Part shown: positions 8,885 through 16,905 of the stretch, piece after piece
Layout of the letters: every line of letters begins with the position of its first letter
Numbering within the stretch: the stretch's first letter is position 1
Virus record (IMG/VR): IMGVR_UViG_3300049479_000313
Span: 1 to 55,629 of that record
DNA: 55,629 bases
DNA from: a virus
Taxonomy: Duplodnaviria; Caudoviricetes
Strand: one strand, 5' to 3'
Translations under genes and position numbers: made by a program
Notes under the pieces: model-generated
Databases searched by the model: none
What the model was told of the DNA's origin: nothing
What the model saw: the letters and a program-made list of their open reading frames with translations, nothing else

Positions 8885-10371
8885 AGGACGTGCGCGTGCT
8901 GTTTGGCCCGCCCGGCACGGGGAAGACCACGGCCCTGCTGGACATGGTGGACACGTTCTTGGACGAGGGCGGCGACCCGGGGCGCCTTGTGTTCAGCAGC
9001 TACACGCGGCAAGCCGCGCGGGAGGCCCGGGAGCGCGCGGCCGATCGCTTTGGGCTGGAGGACGAGGCCCTCCCCTACTTCCGCACGCTGCACGCGCTGG
9101 CCTTCCGCTTGTTGGGGCTGCGCCGCAGTGATGTGCTGAGTGACGACGATTACAAGGACGTGGCCAACAGCTTGGGTCTTGGCCTGAGCGGCCAGTGGGC
9201 CCGGGGTGCGGGCCATCCGGGCCAACAACGGGGCGACGAGTGCGCGGCCATCTATGCGTGGCACCGGGCCCGGGGCGGGACGTTGGCGGATGCGTGGCGG
9301 GCGGTCGGGACGGGCAACGTGCATCTCACGCAAGTCCAGACCTTCGTGGACGCGTTAGGCGAAGTCAAGCGCGCCCGGCACCGGCTGGACTTCGCCGACA
9401 TGTTGGACGAGTGCCATGTGGCTCCGCCCGTGGATCTGGTGATCTTGGACGAGGCGCAAGACCTGAGCGACGCGCAATGGCAGTTCGCCGTGCGCTTGGC
9501 CCGGAACGCCACGCGCGTGGTGGTCGCCGGGGACGACGATCAGGCCATCTACGACTTTGCCGGGGCGCATAGTGCCCGGTTCCGGGGTGTCGAGGGGCAG
9601 CGTCAGGTGCTGACCCAGTCGCACCGGCTGGCCGCGCCCATCCACCGTGTGGCCGAAGCCGTGGCCACACAGATCAAGTCCCGCGTGGCCAAGGCGTACC
9701 ATCCCGCCGCGCACGAGGGGCGGGTGCACACCGTGCCTACGCTGGACCACGTCACGTTAGGCGACGGCACGGTGCTACTGCTGGCTCGGCACAATCACCA
9801 GCTGCGGGAGCTGGTGTCCGTGGCTCGGGCCCAAGGCGTTGTCTACCACCATCAGGGGCGCTGGTCTACCGACACGGCGGCGGTGCGCGCGGCTGTGGCG
9901 TACGAGCGTCTGCGCCGGGGCGAGGGCGTGGCCCCGGACGTGGCTGACGCCGTGCGCTTGCTGGTGCCGGGGGCGGAATGGCAGGTGGTGCCGGGCACCA
10001 ATGCCCCGGTGCGCTGGCACGCCATCCGGTGGCCCTTTGAGGGGCGTCCCGAGTGGTACACGGCGCTGGTGCGCCTGGATGGCGATGACGTGGCCTATGT
10101 CCGGGCTCTCCGGCGTAAGGGAGAATCACTCCGAGGCCCCGGACGCGTGCGCATCAGCACCATTCACGGCGCCAAGGGCGGACAGGCCGATCATGTAGTG
10201 CTCTTGACGGATGTGAGTGCCCGCACCTACAATGGTGCCTGGATGGCGGGCGACGCGGAGGCCCGCGTGTGGTATGTGGGCGCGACGCGGGCCGCTCGCA
10301 CGTTGACGTTAGTTCGTTCACGCGGTCCCCGGGTCTGGCCCGGGTGGCCCGCGTTAGGCGTAGGCATCTAA
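8881..10371 (+). CDS. UvrD/Rep-like superfamily 1 helicase (second copy)
   Basis: GPPGTGKT, ILDEAQD, AGDDDQAIY, STIHGAKGG, YVGATRA; ATG at 8881. Confidence 0.93.
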   Translation: MKDVRVLFGPPGTGKTTALLDMVDTFLDEGGDPGRLVFSSYTRQAAREARERAADRFGLEDEALPYFRTLHALAFRLLGLRRSDVLSDDDYKDVANSLGLGLSGQWARGAGHPGQQRGDECAAIYAWHRARGGTLADAWRAVGTGNVHLTQVQTFVDALGEVKRARHRLDFADMLDECHVAPPVDLVILDEAQDLSDAQWQFAVRLARNATRVVVAGDDDQAIYDFAGAHSARFRGVEGQRQVLTQSHRLAAPIHRVAEAVATQIKSRVAKAYHPAAHEGRVHTVPTLDHVTLGDGTVLLLARHNHQLRELVSVARAQGVVYHHQGRWSTDTAAVRAAVAYERLRRGEGVAPDVADAVRLLVPGAEWQVVPGTNAPVRWHAIRWPFEGRPEWYTALVRLDGDDVAYVRALRRKGESLRGPGRVRISTIHGAKGGQADHVVLLTDVSARTYNGAWMAGDAEARVWYVGATRAARTLTLVRSRGPRVWPGWPALGVGI

Positions 10372-10381
10372 CCCCAAGGAG

Positions 10382-11170
10382 GTGATCTTGTATGAGATAG
10401 TCGCCGATGGTATCCCGCTGCCCGGGCGCTGGCCGTTGGCCGTGGCGGCGGCTCGGGCCCGGGCCTTGATCCGCCGGAATCGGGCCCGGAAGGCAGCGGT
10501 CTGGCCGGTGCACCGGCAATTTCTTCGTCCCACGAAAGTGTTCTTTCACTCTCTTCATCTACTCATGACGACCCTCACGAAGCCCTCGCACGCGGTGATC
10601 ACGTATGTGAACGCAGATCACCCCACGGATGTCCAGCTGCACCGCACCCCGTACGACCCGCCGGAAGGCCGGGTGGTGTGGCTCATCACCATGCCGGATG
10701 ACCTGATGCGCATGCCGATGACCGTTCTCCTGGCCGCGTACAACCGTGCCACGGGCAAGGCCATCAAGTCATTCAACACCCGCGCCAAGGGCGCAGTCCA
10801 GACGTACGCCGCGCTGCGCGGCTGGCTGGACCTCGATCTTCCTGATGTTCCCGCAGTTCCTTCTTCCCCCGAACCGACTGAGACTTCTCCCATGAAGACC
10901 AAGACCACCAAGACCAAGCGCGCCACGACCTCCAAGAAGAACACCGCCTCGGGGCGCCCCGGGCGCCGGTCCAAGTTCACCCCGGAGAGCACCATCACGC
11001 TCGTCGCCAAGGAGAATCCGAAGCGCCCGGGCAGCGCTGCGCACACGCGCTTTGCGTTCTACCGCACGGGGCAGACCGTGCAGCAGTTCCTCGACAAGGG
11101 CGGCTGGCTGGCGGACATCCGCTGGGACGAGAAGATGGGCTTCATCCGCGTGAGCGGCGCCAAGAAGTAG
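10382..11170 (+). CDS. Putative DNA-binding protein with a Lys/Thr-rich linker and a small C-terminal domain (start uncertain: 10382, 10388, 10565 or 10892)
   Basis: KTKTTKTKRATTSKK basic tract followed by the ENPKRPGSAAHTRF...DIRWD domain. Confidence 0.65.
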   Translation: MILYEIVADGIPLPGRWPLAVAAARARALIRRNRARKAAVWPVHRQFLRPTKVFFHSLHLLMTTLTKPSHAVITYVNADHPTDVQLHRTPYDPPEGRVVWLITMPDDLMRMPMTVLLAAYNRATGKAIKSFNTRAKGAVQTYAALRGWLDLDLPDVPAVPSSPEPTETSPMKTKTTKTKRATTSKKNTASGRPGRRSKFTPESTITLVAKENPKRPGSAAHTRFAFYRTGQTVQQFLDKGGWLADIRWDEKMGFIRVSGAKK

Positions 11171-11172
11171 AC

Positions 11173-12012
11173 ATGCGCATCTTCATTCCGACCGCAGGAC
11201 GGGTGGGGCGCCAGCGTACGTGGCGGGCGCTCCCTCCGGCCTGGAGAGAGAAGACGGTCGTCGTCTGCCCGGCGCGAGAGCTCCCACAGCTCGCGCATTG
11301 GGACCGCGTCCCGGAGTCCGCGCTGTTGGCACAGCCGGAGGACGTGCGGACCATCTCGCACAAACGCCAGTGGATGCTGGAGCATGCCGCCGCGCTCGGG
11401 GAGGAGTCGTTCCTGATGATGGACGACGACCTGGAGTTCCATGCCCGGGAACATCCGCACCAGCCGGAGGCCTCTAGCCTCCGACGAGGCTTCGCCACGG
11501 AGGCCCGGATCGATCGGGCGCTCCGCTGGCTGGAGCATCTGCTCGATCACGAGCAGCGCGTGATTCACGGCGGATTGGGCAGTCGACAGGGCAACAACAC
11601 CAAGCAGGCGGTAGAAGTGGTGACGCGGGCGATGCATGCGTTCGCGCTGCGGCCCCGGGGCGCACTGGCCGCCGGGGTGGACTTCCGGGCGGTGTCGTGC
11701 CGCGAGGACTTCCACGACACCCTGACCTTGCTCCGCGCCGGGGCGCCGAACGTGGTGCTGCACGACGTGGTGGCTGACCCGGGGCCCTTCGGGGCGGAGG
11801 GCGGGTGCTCGGACGAACGGACCATGCAATCCTCGAACGAGGCTGCGGAGCAGCTGGCCGTGCTCTGGCCGGGGTTGGTCCGGGTGGTGGAGAAGGCGTA
11901 CTCGTCGTCCATCCCTCGGAAAGAGGTCGTGGTGCAGTGGCGCCGGGCGTACGCCGGAGGGGACGCTCCGGATGCGAGTGAGTTGTTCTTCTCGTACCGG
12001 AGCTTCCCATGA
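11173..12012 (+). CDS. GT-A fold glycosyltransferase (TET/JBP-associated, GREB1-like DNA base glycosyltransferase type)
   Basis: IFIPTAGR N-terminal strand, KRQWMLE, MMDDD DxD motif, EDF, GGCS; context next to base-modification enzymes. Confidence 0.8.
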   Translation: MRIFIPTAGRVGRQRTWRALPPAWREKTVVVCPARELPQLAHWDRVPESALLAQPEDVRTISHKRQWMLEHAAALGEESFLMMDDDLEFHAREHPHQPEASSLRRGFATEARIDRALRWLEHLLDHEQRVIHGGLGSRQGNNTKQAVEVVTRAMHAFALRPRGALAAGVDFRAVSCREDFHDTLTLLRAGAPNVVLHDVVADPGPFGAEGGCSDERTMQSSNEAAEQLAVLWPGLVRVVEKAYSSSIPRKEVVVQWRRAYAGGDAPDASELFFSYRSFP

Positions 12013-12833
12013 TCATCCCGGGGCGGAGCGGGGCGCTCTTCGAGGTGGAGAATGGCATGCTGTGGAAGCGCATGGGGGGCGCGCGTGGGTCGGCGCGCTT
12101 GGCAGTACAGTGCGCCCGGCAGCAGGCGGCTCTCTCGTCTCACGTGCTCCCTCCCGGGATGGCGGTCACCCCTGTGACCGCCATCCAGGACGAGCGTCCA
12201 CACGTGTTCTCGTTTCAGATGCCCTTCTATCGGGAGCACCTCCATGCGACCCAGTTCGTGCAGTACGCGGGCGCGGAACAGCTGCAGGAGGCGTCTCGCC
12301 TGTTGTTGCGGCTGATGTCCGGGAATCTTCGTGCAGCGCCGTTAGGCGTGTTGTCCCCGGGGTGGAGCCGTTCCCTTGTGGAACAGCTGCAGGATCGTCC
12401 GTCCATCCCCGGGGTGGCACGCTTCACGCTGTGGGCCCGCGAGCATGACGTGTGGGGTGCGCTCATCCCGTCCGGCCCCGCCTATCACGGGGACCTCACG
12501 TGGGGCAATGTGCTGTGGTCGCTGGATCCGGGAGCCACGCCGCATCAACTGATCGACTACACGGATGCCCCATGGGAGACGCCCCTGATCGATGCGGCCA
12601 AGCTGTTGATGGACTGCGCGCTCCGCTGGACGTTCCGCCTGCAGGGGGAGGTCCCTTCCCCCACGACGGAAGTCCTGTGCGACCAGCTACACGAGCAACT
12701 GCTGGCCCAGTTGTCCCCGGATGAACGGCGCGTGGCCCGGGTGCTCCAGTACCACTACACACTTCGTCTGTTCCCGTACAACCCCACCCACGAAGACTTT
12801 CTCTCACACGAGATTCTCCGACTCTTCCCATGA
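12009..12833 (+). CDS. APH/choline-kinase-like small-molecule kinase
   Basis: Brenner motif YHGDLTWGN and metal-binding LID, followed by DAAKL. Confidence 0.8.
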   Translation: MIIPGRSGALFEVENGMLWKRMGGARGSARLAVQCARQQAALSSHVLPPGMAVTPVTAIQDERPHVFSFQMPFYREHLHATQFVQYAGAEQLQEASRLLLRLMSGNLRAAPLGVLSPGWSRSLVEQLQDRPSIPGVARFTLWAREHDVWGALIPSGPAYHGDLTWGNVLWSLDPGATPHQLIDYTDAPWETPLIDAAKLLMDCALRWTFRLQGEVPSPTTEVLCDQLHEQLLAQLSPDERRVARVLQYHYTLRLFPYNPTHEDFLSHEILRLFP

Positions 12834-13894
12834 CGACACTCCTCATGCCCCTGCTGGGGCGCAGCACCCGGTTCCCCGACCTTCCGCCCAAGTGGACGCT
12901 CACGCACCCGGCCTCGAATCGCTCCCCGTTGCATGGCATGCCCATGTTCCGCGTGGCTTTGGAGCATTTGCCGGCGCAGGTCACCCATGTGGTGCTCGGG
13001 GTGCCAAACGACCGCAGCGGGTGGGTCGAGGACGTGCTGCAAAAGTTCCCGTTGCCGGGCAACGTGTCCTATGTGGTGGACGCGGCGATCGGCGCCACGC
13101 GGGATCAAGTGGACACGCTCACCCGCATGCTCACGTTCCACGAGCTAGCGCACGAGCCCATCCTGTGCCGGGACGGCGACAGCCAATTCGCCATGCCCGA
13201 GTATCCGGCGAGCCCGGGATGCTCGATCGCGGTCGCGGATGCGGCCCGGTACCCAACCGTGGCTCTCGCCAACAAGTGCTTCGTGCTCCCGGGCCCAGTG
13301 CCCGGGGTTGCCGGGGGATTGGTAGAGAAGCGCGTGGTGAGCCCCCTCTTCGGGGTGGGAGCCTACGGCTTCTCCTCTGGAGAAGAGTTCCTCGCGTCGG
13401 CGGCGATGCTGCGTCGCTCGACCGAGGAGGACTTGTACGTCTCGCACCTGCTCCGGTTGTTGATGGGCACGGGCCTCCCGGTACGGTATCATCTGGTCCA
13501 GAAGTACGAGGATTATGGCACCCTGACGGAGTGGCGTGCGTGCTACGCGGCGCATGGCACCCTGTTCTGCGACATTGACGGTGTCCTGCTCTCCTACACC
13601 GGAGCGGCCACCCGGGCGTCGGCCACCCCGCTCGCTCGCAATATCAGCGCGCTGCAGGGGCTCCCCAAGGGCTGGATGATCGTACTGACTACGGCCCGGG
13701 CGGAGTCCGAGCGCGCGGAGCTCCTGGCCCAGATCGCACGTCACCGCATCCCGTTCGACATGTTGCTCATGGGACTGCCGCGCGGACCGCGCGTCGTGGT
13801 GAACGACTCGGCGGCCAGCAACGCCGGACAGACCGCCCGGGCGCTGACCCTTCCTCGGGATAGCGACACCTTGCCGGAGTTGCTCGATGTCTAG
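12830..13894 (+). CDS. Sugar-phosphate nucleotidyltransferase fused to a C-terminal HAD phosphatase
   Basis: N-terminal MPLLGRSTRF..PKW loop, DGD, VEK, DYGT; C-terminal FCDIDGVL (DxD), TTAR, VVND HAD motifs. Confidence 0.85.
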   Translation: MTTLLMPLLGRSTRFPDLPPKWTLTHPASNRSPLHGMPMFRVALEHLPAQVTHVVLGVPNDRSGWVEDVLQKFPLPGNVSYVVDAAIGATRDQVDTLTRMLTFHELAHEPILCRDGDSQFAMPEYPASPGCSIAVADAARYPTVALANKCFVLPGPVPGVAGGLVEKRVVSPLFGVGAYGFSSGEEFLASAAMLRRSTEEDLYVSHLLRLLMGTGLPVRYHLVQKYEDYGTLTEWRACYAAHGTLFCDIDGVLLSYTGAATRASATPLARNISALQGLPKGWMIVLTTARAESERAELLAQIARHRIPFDMLLMGLPRGPRVVVNDSAASNAGQTARALTLPRDSDTLPELLDV

Positions 13895-14729
13895 GCTTCG
13901 CGAGTTCGGGGCGTACATCTCGGAGCGATACGCCATCCACCAGCGCCGCTTGAAGGGGGAGCCGCCACCCTGGACCGAGGATCCGATCCTCCGTGACTGG
14001 AAATTCACCAATGTCAAGCGTGAATGGGACCGCACGACGCGGGCTCTGCGCGCCTGGACTATCCCGCACGCGCGCCATCGTCTCTTGGGACTGAACATGG
14101 CGTTGGCTCGATTCACGGGGCGCCCGGAGACGTGGTACACGGTGGGATATCAGCGGTCATGGCGCCCGGACGTCGTGGCCCGGCGCCTTGCACAACGTGC
14201 CGAGGCCGGACACAAGGTCTTTACCGGAGCGTACCTCATCTCCAACTGGGGGCGTCCGGGCAGCAAGGTCGACGTCGTCGTCCATGGCATCTTGACCCCG
14301 CTGTACGACAGCGGGCTGTTGTTGCCCGCGCGCCTGCGCCGGTTCCGGTATCTCGAGGACCTGCACCAGGAGCTCGTCCGCTTGCCCGGATTTGGGCACT
14401 TCATGGCGCAGGAGATTGAGCAAGACCTTGTGCACACGCCCGGCCTCCCACTGTGGCGCGATGCCGACTCGTTCGCGGTCGCGGGCCCCGGCGCGATGCG
14501 CGGGATCATGCGCGTGCTCGAGCAGCCGCTTCGGGGCCAATTCACCCAGGAGGATGCGCGGCGCTACATGCAGGAGTGGCGCATGACCCTGATCCCGCAT
14601 CTGCCTGAGGGGTTACTGCTGAGCGCACATGATGTGGAGTTCAACCTGTGTGAGTTCGACAAGTACGAGCGCGTGCGCACGGGGCAGGGTACCCCGCGTG
14701 CGCGCTTTACCCCAACGGAGGATGTATGA
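13887..14729 (+). CDS. 5-hydroxymethyluracil DNA kinase-like protein (aGPT-Pplase1 / HMUDK helical family)
   Basis: ERYAIHQRR..GEPPPWTEDPIL..KFTNVKREWDR, GPGAMRGI, EFNLCEFDKY signature segments. Confidence 0.85.
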   Translation: MSRLREFGAYISERYAIHQRRLKGEPPPWTEDPILRDWKFTNVKREWDRTTRALRAWTIPHARHRLLGLNMALARFTGRPETWYTVGYQRSWRPDVVARRLAQRAEAGHKVFTGAYLISNWGRPGSKVDVVVHGILTPLYDSGLLLPARLRRFRYLEDLHQELVRLPGFGHFMAQEIEQDLVHTPGLPLWRDADSFAVAGPGAMRGIMRVLEQPLRGQFTQEDARRYMQEWRMTLIPHLPEGLLLSAHDVEFNLCEFDKYERVRTGQGTPRARFTPTEDV

Positions 14730-14959
14730 AGTCATGCCTTGGCTGCCGGTTCGCGGATTGGCAGCGCACGCGCACCGGGAGGCTCCATCCGTCCGGCGAT
14801 GGACAGTGCACGTTCGTGGTCAAGGTGCCCGCGCTGCCGCTCTCCATGCGCTGGGGCGGCTCCTGGGGCCGAAATGACCTCGATGCAACGGGCGGCGCGA
14901 TCAGCCGTAAGCACTCGTTTCAGTCCCATTGTCCCTGCTACCAACCCACTCTCTCATGA
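14726..14959 (+). CDS. Small Cys-rich protein (CxxC...C...C)
   Basis: GGAGG RBS; ATGA coupling on both sides. Confidence 0.55.
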   Translation: MKSCLGCRFADWQRTRTGRLHPSGDGQCTFVVKVPALPLSMRWGGSWGRNDLDATGGAISRKHSFQSHCPCYQPTLS

Positions 14960-15999
14960 CCCACACTCTCAGCATCACCAACGTCAACCACGCCTATGTG
15001 GCCGGAGTCAACTTGATCCGCGACATTGGCGTGGCCGTCGCCACCCGCAATGGCCCCGCGTTCCGCGCCCCGGGCACGGTGGTCACCACGTTTCACCATC
15101 CCATGGAGCGCGTGCTGTTCGACTCGACGCGCGATGCCAACCCGTTCTTCCATCTGTTCGAGTCGCTCTGGATCCTGGCCGGGCGCGAGGACGTGCGTCC
15201 GCTCGCCTTCTTCAACAAGCGCATGGCCAACTACAGCGACGATGGCGAACGTTTCCACGGAGCCTACGGCTGGCGCTTGCGCTACGGCTTTGGCGTCGAT
15301 CAGATCGACCGAGCCATCACCATGCTCCGGCGCAACCCGCTGGACCGGCGCGTGGTGCTGTCGATTTGGCACCCGGCGCTGGACCTCGGCACGGACAGCG
15401 CGGACATTCCGTGCAACGACATGCTGAAGCTGTCGTCCGACGGCGCCCAGCTGGACCTCGTGGTGTTCAACCGCAGTAACGACATCCTCTGGGGCGCGTA
15501 CGGCGCCAACGCCGTGCAGTTCGCCTTCCTGCTGGAGTACCTCGCCGCCGGGGCCGGGCTGCGGCCCGGGCGCTTGGTGCAGGTCAGCACGGACTGGCAT
15601 TGGTACGGCAGCGACCGCCCGGCGCCGCTGGTCTACACGCCGACGATGTATGACCAGCGCCCGAACGGCGCGTGGCGCCCGTTGCTCGCCGCCGAGGAAA
15701 CGTTGGATCAACTCGACGATGATCTCGAGCTCTTGTTCGACTGCATGGAAGCCGTGGCCACGCGGAAAGCGCCAGAGTGCCTGTCGCCGAGCTTTTACAC
15801 GGCGTGGATGGCTACGGTGGCGTGGCCCATGTTCACGGCATGGCTGCACTACAAGAGCCACTGGCTGGACGGCGAACCCAAGACGCCGAACTTGCCGTTC
15901 GCCATGCGCACCTCGTACAACATCGCGGCCCCGGATTGGTCCGTTGCCGCCCTGAATTGGCTGGAGCGCCGTTACCTCAAGACCCTCACCCACCCATGA
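14956..15999 (+). CDS. Thymidylate synthase-family enzyme, probable dUMP hydroxymethylase
   Basis: DANPFFHLFESLWILAG, catalytic IPCN, RSND, and Asn in GANAVQF (dUMP-type specificity); adjacent to the hmU-DNA kinase-like gene. Confidence 0.88.
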   Translation: MTHTLSITNVNHAYVAGVNLIRDIGVAVATRNGPAFRAPGTVVTTFHHPMERVLFDSTRDANPFFHLFESLWILAGREDVRPLAFFNKRMANYSDDGERFHGAYGWRLRYGFGVDQIDRAITMLRRNPLDRRVVLSIWHPALDLGTDSADIPCNDMLKLSSDGAQLDLVVFNRSNDILWGAYGANAVQFAFLLEYLAAGAGLRPGRLVQVSTDWHWYGSDRPAPLVYTPTMYDQRPNGAWRPLLAAEETLDQLDDDLELLFDCMEAVATRKAPECLSPSFYTAWMATVAWPMFTAWLHYKSHWLDGEPKTPNLPFAMRTSYNIAAPDWSVAALNWLERRYLKTLTHP

Positions 16000-16901
16000 C
16001 CTTCCTCACTCGCTATCTCCAACTCCGCCGGAGCGGCGCCGTGCGTCGCTGGCACACCGTGCCCCACGCTCCGCGCCAGACCGTGGCTGAGCACAGCTTC
16101 CACACCGCCCTGCTGGCGGTGGCTCTCTGGGGCGAGGACACCAGCAGTAAGCTGCTGCGCTGGTGCCTGACCCACGACTTGGCCGAGGGCCTTGTGGCGG
16201 ATGTGCCCGCGCCCGCCCGGTGGGCCGACCCCGCGTTAGGCGCGGCGGTGCGTCGCATGGAACAGGTGGTCGAAGCCCATCTGGACCTGACCCGGTACAT
16301 GGACCTCGACCCGGAGGACACGGCCCGGGCCAAGCTGCTGGACGCGCTGGAAGTGCTGTTCTTCGCGGCGGAGCAGGTGCGCGCGGGGGCCCGCACGGAG
16401 TTCGCCCCCATCATGGTCGCGGTGTGGGAGCGCATGAACTCGGGCATGTGGGCCCTGCCCGAGCTGATCGGCATGGAGGTCGTGCGCGAACTGGACGACT
16501 TCGTCCGGGCCACGCGCTTCCCCGCATGGCGGTGCGAACGCTGCGGCGAGTTTGCCCATGTGACCGAGCAGGCGGAGGGCCTCCGCTGGTGCCTGAGCTG
16601 CCAAGGCCATGACATCGGCACCATCATGGCCACGCGCGTGGCCCGGGAGGCGCGCATCGGCAATGATGACCCGCACGACGCGTTCGTGGCCACTCGGGCG
16701 TTGCCGTACAATCCGACTGACCGCGTCCGTGTCCGCGTCAGTGCCGTGGGAGCGTTCACCGCGTCCAACGGCATGCTGATCCGGCCCGGAACGGAAGGCC
16801 TGCGCCTTGACTACATCGCCGCTCCCGTGGGCCAGTGCTACGTGAAGCTCATGAACGAGGAGACGATTGTGACCCCGACCCTCTATTGGAAGGAGATCTA
16901 G
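15996..16901 (+). CDS. HD-domain (YfbR-like) nucleotidase with a C-terminal Zn-ribbon extension
   Basis: RRWH...VAEHSF...THDLAE...D motifs; CERC...CLSC downstream. Confidence 0.8.
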   Translation: MTFLTRYLQLRRSGAVRRWHTVPHAPRQTVAEHSFHTALLAVALWGEDTSSKLLRWCLTHDLAEGLVADVPAPARWADPALGAAVRRMEQVVEAHLDLTRYMDLDPEDTARAKLLDALEVLFFAAEQVRAGARTEFAPIMVAVWERMNSGMWALPELIGMEVVRELDDFVRATRFPAWRCERCGEFAHVTEQAEGLRWCLSCQGHDIGTIMATRVAREARIGNDDPHDAFVATRALPYNPTDRVRVRVSAVGAFTASNGMLIRPGTEGLRLDYIAAPVGQCYVKLMNEETIVTPTLYWKEI

Positions 16902-16905
16902 TCAC

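Noticed and set aside
14956-15999. Ordinary thymidylate synthase (thyA) or dCMP hydroxymethylase
   Set aside because: Divergent from canonical ThyA, has Asn rather than Asp at the specificity position, and is adjacent to an hmU-DNA kinase-like gene; dUMP hydroxymethylase fits better but is not proven
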